Assembly: GCA_051362555.1 (NCBI GenBank)
Contig: CM120640.1
Location: 65,946,788 to 66,010,787 of the forward strand
DNA length: 64,000 bases
From: Lingula anatina
Lineage: Eukaryota; Animalia; Brachiopoda
Reading direction: 5' to 3'
Below, piece after piece: positions 52,401 to 64,000 of this stretch. Each line of letters opens with the position of its first letter. Positions within the stretch are counted from its first letter, which is position 1. The notes beneath the pieces were generated by a model. It was given only the letters and a program-made list of their open reading frames with translations, was not told the DNA's origin and searched no databases. Position numbers and translations under genes: made by a program.

Positions 52401-54368
52401 AGAAATGTCCACAAACCGACCAATATTATCAGAATTGTATTGGTTATACAGTTTGTAAATTGAAGCAGTGTGGGTGTTATTTGGTTTAAAATTGAAAATT
52501 TCAGCAGGGAAATACTAGATTGATTTATATTTCTTTTGTGCCACATCACTTTAAATAATGATATATAAAACCCTTTGTATCAAGATGATTTTATAATCCT
52601 TTTCATTTGGCCCTGCTATTTGAATCTACACACACATATTACATATTGTCAAACCACAGAATTTCCTTCTAGTTCATTTTATGAAAAAACATGTTTGATA
52701 AATCATCAATTTTAGCAGGAAACATTAGATCATGAGAATAAATGATCTGATGCATAAAAAACTCTGATTTCAAAGGCAATTTGAATCCTTTCCAAATGAG
52801 AATTTCAGTTGGACCGTTTCATGTTGTTTTCCTTGGTTAAAATTTACTCTTGATTTACAGGTTTCATTATGTTCAGATTGATGCTTTAAATATCCTGTTA
52901 TTGAAGCAGCTGCTGTTTGAACAGGGGATGTTCAACATTATGAATTAAGCAGGAAAATCGAAAAACTTGATCAATTTAGCTTTGCCATCAATTTCCATGT
53001 CATAAAAGACATGCAAATTTTGCAATCAATTTTGTTGAAACTGTATGAGCTTTGAAAATTTGCTTATGTGCTTGATCAATAGCTTTACAAATGCGACTTT
53101 AGAAAATCAATACTTGGACTTGTGTTTGAGCAATTTTTCTGTCTTCAATTTCAATATGAAAGAAGAAAACCACTTTTGAATTAAAACCTGCCTTATCTGA
53201 GTCTTCTGTCGAAAATTAACAGTGATATGGCAGATGGCAAACTGCAAGAGTTCATAGAACTGGAATATACACCATTTTTAACTAAAGCGTAGATAATGCT
53301 TCTATATTGTTGCATTTATTCATTAGCCCTAAACTAAAGATAAGTATATTCAACCATAATTTCTGGGTGTGTTAATAGCACTTGACAAGGACGGATTTAC
53401 TTTTTTGAATGCACATGGCATTGTGGTATGAAGGTCGTGATGAAGAAATGGCTGTGGATTAAAACATTCAAAGAGATCTTTCATCCACCTCTGATTTATT
53501 TTTTTTTTCCAAATGTTTGCTATATTTGATTAATTTGATGCAAAAGATTCATTTTACATAACAAAATGAAAAGTGCTTCTAATTTTAGATATTTGATTGG
53601 CATTCTTTAGGGCATCGGAAATCTTTACCAGTAGCAAGCTGTCCTTTTCATGGTCATTAGCTCCATTTCCACAATCTTATTTAAACATACATACATTTGC
53701 TTGATTTATGGATAAATAAGTTTCAACTAATAAGTATATTTTATGATCGGCATTGCACTTCAGCTAGAATTGTCAGTATATGTGTCTGTATATGTATGTG
53801 TGTATGTATATTTGTTAATCTGCTTTGTGGTAAAGCAGTCGTAGCCTTTTCTGACCCAAGTTTAATATTGTCTCTTATCTTTCTTTACACTGACAAAATA
53901 TTTGGAAAGAACAATATCACTGAAGTAGAAATATGGATTGATCCATTTAACCACTTGATCTTCTAACGATTGATGTTGGTGCCGAGTTTAATTTAGCATT
54001 GATTTAAGGAAATATAACAATTGCTGTTAGGGTTAGCTTTATTTTAGAATTAGCTTGTAAAGATATATCATATGACTTTTGAAATAGATACAAAAGTGAG
54101 AATTATTTGATATCTAATCAACATTTGTTATTATGGATTGTTGCTTCTTTTGTAAACCATAAGCCTGTTTCAATTAAAGTAAATATGTAAAACCTAAGAA
54201 CTGGAGGAACATGTAAAATGAAGCAATTTTAGAGAATACTTCACATTGTCTTTAATTGGGGGAAAAAAGCTGATCCAAACTCCAGCATCTGTTACTACTA
54301 GTATTAGTATTTGTATGAATCTAAACAAGAATATTTATGTACAAATAAGGTGCATTTTTGAATTCCAG

Positions 54369-54453
54369 TCACTGCCACTTGATGAACTGAAGAAGTTGTG
54401 CCTAGGACATTTAGAAGTGATGTCCAAGAAGAGAATTAGAAGGATCCTTGATG
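54369..54453 (+). CDS. CAAP1: CAAP1 homologue, coding exon 3
   Basis: ttccag|SLPLDELKKLCLGHLEVMSKKRIRRILD(G)|gtaagc; matches the second half of the CAAP1 domain. Confidence 0.92.
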
Positions 54454-54836
54454 GTAAGCTACATTTGTTTTATAAAATTTAACAGATATCATAGAAATAA
54501 CACTCTGCTTGGGTGATTTACCTAAAAATGAAAACAAATGATCTGAAGCTTGGGCCACCTGTCTGCTCTAGGTGTGAGTGTGGTAGTTGTGATTGTTGTG
54601 GATGTGACAGTGTGTTAGGTGAGGCATTGATAACAGATAAGCAGACCTACCTCAAAACATGAACTCCACCATCTTATAGTTAGCATGGTAACTTTTCTAC
54701 TTCCTGAAAAATTACATCATTTATCATCAGTGTAATGCTTCTGTCCCCAACTGCATTGAAAAAAAAAGTTCTGTAAAACTAACACAATTGTTCTCAGGTG
54801 TGTTAACAAAACATGACTGTATTTTGTTTTATTCAG

Positions 54837-54911
54837 GTGCTGATCCTGGCATTATCTCCTCATCTGGTACTGAAGAGGAGAGCACCGATGAGGATGAAGA
54901 AGAGAAAAAAG
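54837..54911 (+). CDS. CAAP1: CAAP1 homologue, coding exon 4
   Basis: ttattcag|(G)ADPGIISSSGTEEESTDEDEEEKK|gtacgg; phase 1-1, in frame. Confidence 0.85.
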
Positions 54912-55605
54912 GTACGGAACAGCATGAAAGCTGGGCACATTATTTTTTTATGTGAATGCCTTGGTGCATTTCTGGGTCTAAGTTCATTTTGAACCTTTTT
55001 TACCATCATGTCATGTGTTTTAAATCTCTTCTAGCAGTGGGGCGTGCCTCTGATAGCCTCCAGTTATCAGGTTAGTGTTATTTTAACCCCAGGTCATGAT
55101 GAACAAGCAGCTGTAATGTGATATAAAGTTATCTTTTATGATGAAAAGGGCAGTGCATATATATCATAGTAGGGCATGCATAGTACTTTGGTAGAAGGGA
55201 CATATTTGAGCAAAAGTTCACTAGATTACGAATTTGTATTGAATATTACAAACCACTGTTATGACCAAGATATCATAAAGGGGGATACCCCTGTTCCACA
55301 ACCTCTACAGGGAAAGTTTTTGAAAAATTAATTCACTTTTAAGATATTTTGTAGCAAATGAAACATGATGTTTTGAGCTTGGAGTGCACTGCCCCCTCCC
55401 TAACCAGAACTGTTCATGCACAATCATACATGGGATTTGTGTGCACTGCATCATGCAGATAATGTACTCTTTCACTTACACAACTTTATTTTACAGTTAA
55501 ACTTCATGCTATCATGCAATGGCTTATGCGTTGACAGTATACTTGGGGGGAAATAGTGCTATTTCTGCAGCCATTTAATTCCTGTCTTGCTATTGTTATT
55601 TGCAG

Positions 55606-55684
55606 CATGGGGATCAGAGGGTCAAGTGGCAGATTCCACTTCACAATCCTCGGCTGAAGTCAACAAAACACTTAATGCTGAAAA
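55606..55684 (+). CDS. CAAP1: CAAP1 homologue, coding exon 5
   Basis: tttgcag|(A)WGSEGQVADSTSQSSAEVNKTLNAE(K)|gtaagt; phase 1-2, required to keep frame to the next exon. Confidence 0.8.
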
Positions 55685-55989
55685 GTAAGTGATAATAGAT
55701 ATTGTGTGACCAACTGGTTTATTGATTACATAATAACTACTTGACAAGTCAGGGAGAGATTTTAATAAGATTTTTTAATGGTGAAGTCTGGAATCGGGTT
55801 GTCTCTGGAACTTTACACATATGGTGACCTGTATTTATAGCTGTTTAAACTCACAAGTGCTTTCTTGATTTTCATTTATCTTTTCTACATTTTTCAATTG
55901 TTTTACAGGTTTTAAAGAAATGCCTAATAAAGTTTTAAATGTCAAACTTTGGCTTTCATTCTTTTGTATGAAATAAGACCATTCACAGT

Positions 55990-56571
55990 GGTCAAGTGAT
56001 ATAGGGATGATGACTTTGTACTGAATGTTGGGAAGCAAAAAAGAAATGATAGTAGATTTTAGAAAGAACAAGAATGATAAGAAGGCTGTTAACATTGGCA
56101 ACACTGTAGTAAAGCAAGTGGACAATTTTACATTGCTTGGGTTGATCTTAATAACTTAACATGGCACAGCAACATACACAAACAGATGAAGAAAACGAGA
56201 CGAAGAGTTTTCTTTTTAAGGAGATTGAAAACTTTTATAGGGAATCAATTAATTTTATCTAATTTTTATATATGTATCATCAAAACTATTTTAACCTTTG
56301 CTGTAACAGTATGTTATGGGCATGCCACAGAGGAGGATATAAGTAAATGAGATGTATTTACCAGGACATGCAAAATTTTGGTTGGGTTGCATCTCTCCTC
56401 TCTAGGAAGCATTTATGTAGAAAGGATGGATTCCAAAACCTTAAAGATAATGAATGATACTACTCTTCCTAATGAACTTTGAATATTTTTGCCAAGCAGA
56501 TGCAGACTTTTAACTGTTAGAGTAAGCAAACGGTATTTTAAAAGTATATATTCATGTTTTTTAATTAATAG
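55990..56571 (+). mobile_element. Degraded 5'-truncated Rex1/CR1-group LINE (C-terminal part of ORF2)
   Basis: Broken frames read LNVGK..KEMIVDFRK...VKQVDNFTLLG, NLTWHSNI...RRVFFLRRLKTF...LSNFYICIIKTILTFAVTVCYG and LSSLGSIYVER...KIMND. These are typical post-RT motifs of Rex1-type LINEs, with stops and frameshifts. Confidence 0.85.
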
Positions 56572-56998
56572 TAAAACGATAATTTACCAGTAACTTTTAA
56601 CTTCCCTTTTGATTTTTGCCAGTATTGTTTAACTTAGTCTTTTTTAAAGCCATGATGATAAAACAGTTTCAGTTTTACATATATAATACTAGTTGAGTAA
56701 ACTTTATTATTATAATTATAATTAACAACAATTATATCCAACACTTACTGGGACCGTAGATTCAAAGAAAAAATTGCTTAATACATCCCTCCTACCAGTT
56801 TTGGGGCAGCATTACTGCTTAACACAATTTCAGTTGCGGTAACTGACAGACCACTTTCTCATCCATCACTATATACAAATAATAAAGTTTACATACTTGA
56901 GTGCTTTGGGGTAGGACGGGATAGGATATGATGAAAATAGATCAAATATAATATATTTGTTTTATACTAGCAGTTTTATATCAACATCTACATTTTTC

Positions 56999-57030
<32 letters not shown>

Positions 57031-57246
57031 ATCTTTTATAACTCATAAAGAGTTCTGTCCCAAAGGATCCTTCAATATGTATATCTGTTTATGATACTAA
57101 ATTGTGAACATGTTTATTTGAGATTTAGAACCACTTTATTTGATCGACACTTCACATTTTAAAACCTTTATTAATGCATCCTTGGTTTTAACATTTAACA
57201 TTAACATGCCTCTATATCCTAAAATTTTCATAATTTTTCATTATAG

Positions 57247-57331
57247 GGGTAGCGAGGAAGTTGAAGCTGAAGTAGTTGCTGATGTAGAAGTTGAGAAAGT
57301 AGATGAAGAAGGTGATGGGCCGAACACAGAG
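57247..57331 (+). CDS. CAAP1: CAAP1 homologue, coding exon 6
   Basis: cattatag|GSEEVEAEVVADVEVEKVDEEGDGPNTE|gtaaag; phase 2-0, acidic. Confidence 0.82.
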
Positions 57332-60300
57332 GTAAAGTGAGAGGTCACTTCTAATCACATGTGCACAGATAGTGAGAGACTTTTTAAAGCATGTGGAAAT
57401 AGTTTATTTGTAAACAGCATTTGCACAAATGTTAAAACATATTCATGTGGTATTGTGAAAACAATGTCATGATTTAGGTCCAAGAAACAAAACATAGACA
57501 AGAAAACAAATCAAAAGCAAATAAATAGCAAATAAATGAAAACAAGCTCAGACATTAAAAAAAAACTGAAGGCTGCACCAGCTGCTACATTGAACAATGG
57601 AAAGGCAGCAATCCATGCAAAATTGTAATCATTTTAATTGATGAGTTTTCCTTGGTTCTTAGAACTGAGTCATTAAATTTTTCATTATTGCCACATCATT
57701 AGATAGGTTTTCTGATAATGACATAACACAAATGAAAACAGTGCTAGATGGCCAAAAATCTGCAAAAAGCAAAATATTAGAATGGAGGTAGGATTTGTAT
57801 TTACAACAGTGAACTTGTCTTAGCTTGTGTTTGTAATCTTGGCGCAGTCCTTTAGCGGATTAGTTGCAATCAATGTGGGCTTTCATTTCTTGTTTTTCTC
57901 TGAACTTTGCTTCGGCTATCACCAGCAAGTTAATGGAGTCTACTAAATAAAACATGGCCCCATTATTGGTGCTGAAACTAAATTTTAATCTCCTAGATCC
58001 ATTATGAAATTGCTTTTTGTCTAATGGCAATCATCTAGACCATTAAAATCATCAAAATGAAAATTATAAATCAAACAGAGAAGCACTCAAATCAATATAT
58101 TGGGGACCTTGGAGCCTTTGAAACAGGAAAACCTTTTCTAATGTACATTTAAGTGTCTAATGTTCTGATCCAGGAGATGCGTGGCACCTAAGGTCCTTTA
58201 GGTGACAATTTCACTGCCATCCTGGTACTCTTGATGCACTTTTTATTTGAAATGTTGCTATTAAATTGGCACTAAAACCACATTGGGAGGCTTGGACTTG
58301 GGCTGGCACCTTTTCTGCTAGAAATAGTTGTTGAAATTAGTAATTCATTACAAGCAAATATCCATTTGTCTTTTTCAATATACATGAATAAATTGCTTTT
58401 TTCCCATGAATATAATGATGTTGATAGCATGTCTGTTAATCCTTGCTGAAATCAAATATTTGGAAGATAATCGTCTAAGACAAAAACAAGCCCTAAGGAT
58501 TTTTTGACTTTAAACATAATATTTATTCAGATATCTGCTCACCCCAATTTAAATACAGCGATGTTTTGACAAAGCCCAAGTACTTTCAGTCATTCTTTTT
58601 TTCTTTATGGTAAGGAATATGGCATATTACATTTATGTCAGATTAAATTGTACACTTCATCATGAAATTCATCACATCAATACTATACATGTTTATGGCA
58701 ATGTTTTCAGCCAGCAGTTTTATTTCACTTGGGATATTTTTCATTTGAAGAAATGTAGGTGCTTTTTGTTATCCTTTTGAAGCAAAGAGTTAAAAGCAAA
58801 TGAAATACAATTCTAAATGAAATATTATGACACCAGTAGAAGCCCAGCCCCTTGACCTGCTTTCTGTTTTCCTGAGAGGGACGGACGCCTACTGTGACAC
58901 ACACTTTCAATTTGAAAATCTACCACAGTGTTATTTCCAATAAGTTAATGTGCCCCTGTCAAGTGGCTGTCTCCACTGTGATGGTGATGGTCATGGTGAC
59001 AGCCCTCATCCCCCCATGGGGCGTGTTTGGGAAGGTGGCACTCTAGAAAAATATGAAAAATTTACAGGCTGAATAAATTGCTAGGGTGTGTAATCATTAA
59101 ATATGGATGGAAAAGCAGAAATTAAAAGAAAGAAAATAGATTAGGAAGTAAGACACAGTGTCAATTGCTATCCTAATGCCTGATATTATCCCGGGAAGTG
59201 CATTCATTAAATATCGATGATTAGGAAGACGACATAATTACATTTTGAAATTTGTAATGTTTTTTGCTGACACTATCAATCATTTTTCTTTTGTAATTTG
59301 TGTGGTGCATTGGCAGTAAAAATATTGTTTTCTCAGGTGTGCAGTTTCATATGGCTGTAAAAGAATCGATGGCATTATGCCTCACTTTTTAACCTGATGA
59401 TATGTTGAAAATGATGATGATATCATCGTTGTCATACTTTCATTGTATCAAAATGACATCCGTTGTGTTTTTTTTTCATGGTTTCCTTTCTGCCTCACAT
59501 CCGAAATTTTAATATTAATCTTGTCCTCATGGATAATGGATATATTTAATAAGCAAAACTGCTGGTGATCATGAGCCTGCAATATGATAATGGTGTAAGT
59601 ACAGAATTGTGTGTATGTGATGTATTATGACAGCTGGAGATTACAGCTCACACTAAAAACCTTCATCAGCGGGAGTGCCGTGAATAACCATGGAAGATGT
59701 GCTAGTTGAGACAAATTTAGATGCATTAGGGCTGGGGTTGAGGACACTCCCAAAATCTCTTGTAAATTTTTTTTGGAGTAAAATTTATTTTTGTTTATGA
59801 TATAATATTGGTAGTCTTGTAAAATGCAAATCAAATATTATGGTATAAAGAAACTTAACAAAGAATGAGAGTAGATATTGTTTGTATTTTCTAATTCTTA
59901 CTTTTGGGCTTGCTTATTTGGTATAATATTTGTTGATAGACAAGGTCCTTGTGGTAAATGTTACATTTAAATATCTATCCAAATGAGTATCTCAAAATAC
60001 ATGGTTGCCCCTACTTCTGTTATTATTATTATTTTTCAATTATTTATTTATTTATTTATGTGTGTGTGTTTTGAAGTGAAAACTCATTCAGTACATAACA
60101 CAATCATGAGAGAGAAATGTTCACAACTAATGCAAGGCTGGATGTGCAGGTTTCTTCTGGTCATAGACAACATTGTTTTACATCTATTCTGTACTAGTAA
60201 AAATGTACCTTAGATGAAATCTTGTGAAATTGGGTTATTGGGTTATTGAAATTTTATCACTCCTCATTTCTTTCATGACCAAGCATCCCTTTCATTTATC

Positions 60301-60466
60301 AGATGTGGATAAAGCTATTTTAAAAACATAATTGTTAGATTAGATAGAAAACCTGCCAAATAATAAATATATGCTATCATTGTTATTATACTTTATTTTT
60401 TTAAATCTTTATTATCATTATTAATATCATTGTAGTTCACTATGGTAAACATTATTATTTCCACAG

Positions 60467-60892
60467 GATGAAGATTCCCAGCATGCTCTAGATGTTTCAA
60501 GTAACCATAGTAACCAGACAGAGGAAGAGGAGTTTGCTGCAGATGAGGAGGAGGAGGAGGACAGTACTGATGTTGTTGATGTCACTGTGAGTAACGAGGA
60601 TAATGTTGATGATGAAGTTGATGGTGGTGAAAACATTGTAGGTCAGCAGTTAAAAGATGACAAGGAGGGTGAAGAGGAGGAAGAGGAGGACAAAGAAGAA
60701 GATTCAGACGAAGGGGAGGAGGATCTAGACATTTCTGAATTTACACAGGAAAAGCCAGATGGAGATGTTTCTTTATCTCACACTCAGATGGAGATTCTTG
60801 AACTGGAGATGAGGGCAAGGGCCATCAAAGCAATGTTACGAGCTCAGGAAATAAAAGAACAACGAAAAAAACAAAAGAAAAAGGTTGAATGA
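60467..60892 (+). CDS. CAAP1: CAAP1 homologue, last coding exon
   Basis: tttccacag|DEDSQH... acidic tract, then QMEILELEMRARAIKAML (CAAP1 C-terminal signature LELEMRARAIKA), TGA at 60890-60892. Spliced total ~351 aa. Confidence 0.93.
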   Translation, partial: DEDSQHALDVSSNHSNQTEEEEFAADEEEEEDSTDVVDVTVSNEDNVDDEVDGGENIVGQQLKDDKEGEEEEEEDKEEDSDEGEEDLDISEFTQEKPDGDVSLSHTQMEILELEMRARAIKAMLRAQEIKEQRKKQKKKVE

Positions 60893-61590
60893 TTTACACA
60901 GCTCTGGCATATGCATTATTTAGTGCAGCTACCAGTACATGTGACATGCATGTTTGAAGGGAAATTCAAAGCAATACCTTGAGATTCCCAAAATATGCTA
61001 ATATGTACAGCAATTTCTGCTAGAGATATGTAACCAGTGTTTTTGTTTCAGTTCTAGACTGAAAAGAGTGGAATTATCGGCCAAATATATGTAATGCTCA
61101 GCTAGTCTCTGTGGGAAGACTGAATTTTGAGATCAATAACATTTTAAAATCTCAGTTAGTAGATTAGACCCATGCGACCTGTAATGCTATCACATGCATA
61201 TAGTTGGCAGAAAACTGTGTATTTGAGATAGCCACTCTAGTGTTCCATGGATTTTGGCACCCTGTCAGTGTTTGTGCTGAAAAAAAAAAAGCAAGGCACA
61301 TATTATGGAATGGTGTACATTGTCTCTCCAGGATAAACCAAATATGTGAAAATGTTACCTGTGAACGTTTTTTTTTTTTTTTTTTTTTTTCTGGTCGCTA
61401 ACAGTAAGCAGTCATCCTTTAGTTGCTTTTCAGAGCCTATTTTGGTGATGAAGATCGTCATCCAGGTTGTAGTTGACACTTTAAGATGTTTCTAGACATA
61501 GCAACATGGTCTCTGTGTACACTTGGTTATATTTGGTTTTGTTTAATTCTATAAACTCATTGCACATTGTTACATGTCCTTTATTTTTGT

Positions 61591-61596
61591 AATAAA
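61591..61596 (+). terminator. Probable CAAP1 polyadenylation signal
   Basis: First AATAAA I found after the stop (~700 nt downstream), preceded by a U-rich tract and TGTA. Confidence 0.6.
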
Positions 61597-64000
61597 GCAA
61601 GCATTTTTAAAGAAATTAAGAAAATCGTCTTACAGTAAATTTACTTTTGTCAACAGTTGTAGATTATTTATTTGACTTCTGTTTTTAATCACCTGCAGAA
61701 ATATTCGTATCATCTGAATCCTGCCTTATGGATGACCATCACCAGAGCAATTTTTACCTGCTTTTTTATCTTACAGTATTTGAACAGTACATTTACCACT
61801 TAATATATCCTCGCATAAAGAAAATGTTTTATTATAAAACTATATCATTGTCCATACCTGGGGGGGGGGGGGGGGGGGGGTACTGTAGTCATTATAGATT
61901 GGTTTGTGTGGGCTTTTCGTCTGTCAGTTTTCTTTAACATGATTGGATGAGGTTCGACTAACTTATCCTCTTCCTTCATTATGATATTAGTGGGTCATCA
62001 CATGGGGGAGACTGTGTTCTAAAAGATAAAATATGAACAATACTATCAAAGAATACATCACAACTATATAAATGAGCAGCGTGATTAGATTGTCAACTTT
62101 AGCGCTACATAAAATGATAAATAAGTGGGATCTGCTTTGGATGTCATTTCAGAAATTATTTTTCTCTAGGCATTAGAAAGCTGATAGACACGTTATTAAA
62201 AACTGTCACATGAAATCAGACCAATTCTGTCAGTTTCAGGAGTAGATTGGATTATCTATTTCCAAGATGATACAGGAGTTCAGAATAACACTGTCATAAT
62301 ATGCCATGTCTTTTGTAATATGTTATGGGAAAACTGCAAGATCCCCTTGGAGTCAGTAATTACTGTGCTCTAAGAAACTGCTGTCACTTTTGATACAAGT
62401 CAGAAAAAATGTTTTGGGGGATTTTGATACTTTCAAAAGTGGCTTTACCAGAAAAACATCCAATGAATGTATCTTGTTTTATTGATTGGTTGATTCATTG
62501 ATTGATTAATTAATTTACATTAATTATTATTTGAAAATTGCATACCAAAATATAGGGGGTAAATTTATTTATATGATAAGAATAGATTTTTTCCATGAAC
62601 TCTCCAGGGTGTATGGTACTGTTTTCCCCCAGTTCAATAACATTGCTTACATAAGTAGATATATAGTGATATAGTGGAATTTAAGCACAGGGACTGCTGA
62701 CACAACAAAACTCTTGGGATAAAGAAAGAAATGGAATGAAAATAACTTTTTAGTCCATTATAATATCCTGGCTATAATAACAAATGGATGTATTAATAGA
62801 GATTGATGATGGGCCCTAATTTTACCTCTGCATTCCCAGACAAAACCTGAGGTGATTTCCTTCTACAGTTTGATTACTGATTTATATCTAATCTAGGCCA
62901 ATACAATTCTGATTGTGCAGCTTGAAATAAAACTTGTGTAAAACATTCACCAAGCAGATAATGCCATTTCCTTGATGACCTTGCTTCCATGGTTATTTCT
63001 CATCCATTTTTCAAATTGATGCCTTTCCACATTCTCATTGCCTAAAATGGCATGACATACAAATTTGCAAGAGATCTTGATTTCTTAGGTTATATGACTG
63101 TTTCAAAAGTAATTTTAGATAAGACTTGATGTAAATGTATTGTTTTATAGCATCGATGTAAATTATTAAAGGCAATCTCTCTTAATGTCTTGTCTGTACT
63201 AGAGTTGGTACATGCCTCCTAAAGCTTGAATTCACGTGTATATATGTATATCAGTATATGTCATATGAACACTGTCACTATTATTTAGCTAGCTACCTGC
63301 AGCTTTTTCAACTGCTAGCTTATACTGTTTGATTCACAAGGTTCAGGCCTGTTGTACTACTTAAAAGTACACTTTCCTGAAATTAATGGCCACTTGGATT
63401 TTCAGCAATGAGAAAGTGGTAACAGTGTATTTGTCAGTGTAATTTCATCTCCCCATTGCTGCCAAGACATTTCTTACAATAAATCACCACAAAAATGATA
63501 TGGGTTATAGCCTAAGTAAAGGTGGCTTAATTTTTAAAGTACAAATAACATAAAATATATTTCATACACAGTATCATCTTTGTGTGGGTTCATTTGTTTG
63601 AAAGTTGATTTGGGCAATTAAGACCAAAATTTACCAACATACTTATGAATACTAAGACAGAATGAAGTCACCCTTCAAAATGCAATAGTATGAAACACCT
63701 TAACCAAAGCTACAGTGGAAGGATAAACTAGCATAGTAGTGTAATGTTAACCAGGAATGGAGGAAGATAAATTAAACTTTCTGAAAAAAATATTTTTTTT
63801 CATAATTTATTAGAATTCAAAGCACTCCACAAAGCAGTTGCTTTGGCAAAGAGTCGGAGATCTTTAACTTGCTTTTTAAATGCACATCTTTCTGGATAAA
63901 GAATTCTGTAAGCATTCTTATAGTGTATGCATTGTACTATGACCAAGTCAGACATATTATTTCTTTTATGGAATGTGTAATGAGGCATTTGAAATATTGG

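Noticed and set aside
60427-60636. Ser-rich - strand ORF
   Set aside because: Antisense of the acidic last CAAP1 exon.
61860-61880. Poly-G/poly-C runs (also ~11507, ~42762, ~49466) as functional G-quadruplexes
   Set aside because: Simple homopolymers, common in such genomes, with no supporting context.

Overview
AT-rich eukaryotic DNA with GT-AG introns, most consistent with an invertebrate animal. Three protein-coding genes are supported. (1) The 5' half of a NIM1-type (AMPK/CAMK-related) Ser/Thr kinase on the - strand; coding exons 1509-1242, 791-523 and 218-1 run off the window edge. (2) A 1378-aa C2H2 zinc-finger protein encoded by one coding exon (24556-20420, -), with 13 dispersed fingers, six of a repeated C-x2-C-x4-C[NS]KY[FY]L type, plus NuRD-like and CtBP-like motifs. 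(3) A complete 7-coding-exon CAAP1 homologue (47215-60892, +, ~351 aa). The zinc-finger gene and CAAP1 appear to share a tiny, dyad-symmetric bidirectional promoter at ~27.4 kb. Repeats include three CAG-ended MITEs, a nested TIR element at 7.7-9.15 kb, a Helentron/DINE-like element, a Rex1-type LINE relic, and mini/microsatellites. No prokaryotic features (CRISPR, operons, rRNA/tRNA) and no clearly new biological system were found. The most interesting items are the promoter architecture, splice-created uORFs and the zinc-finger repeat organisation. All calls are by eye, without database searches.
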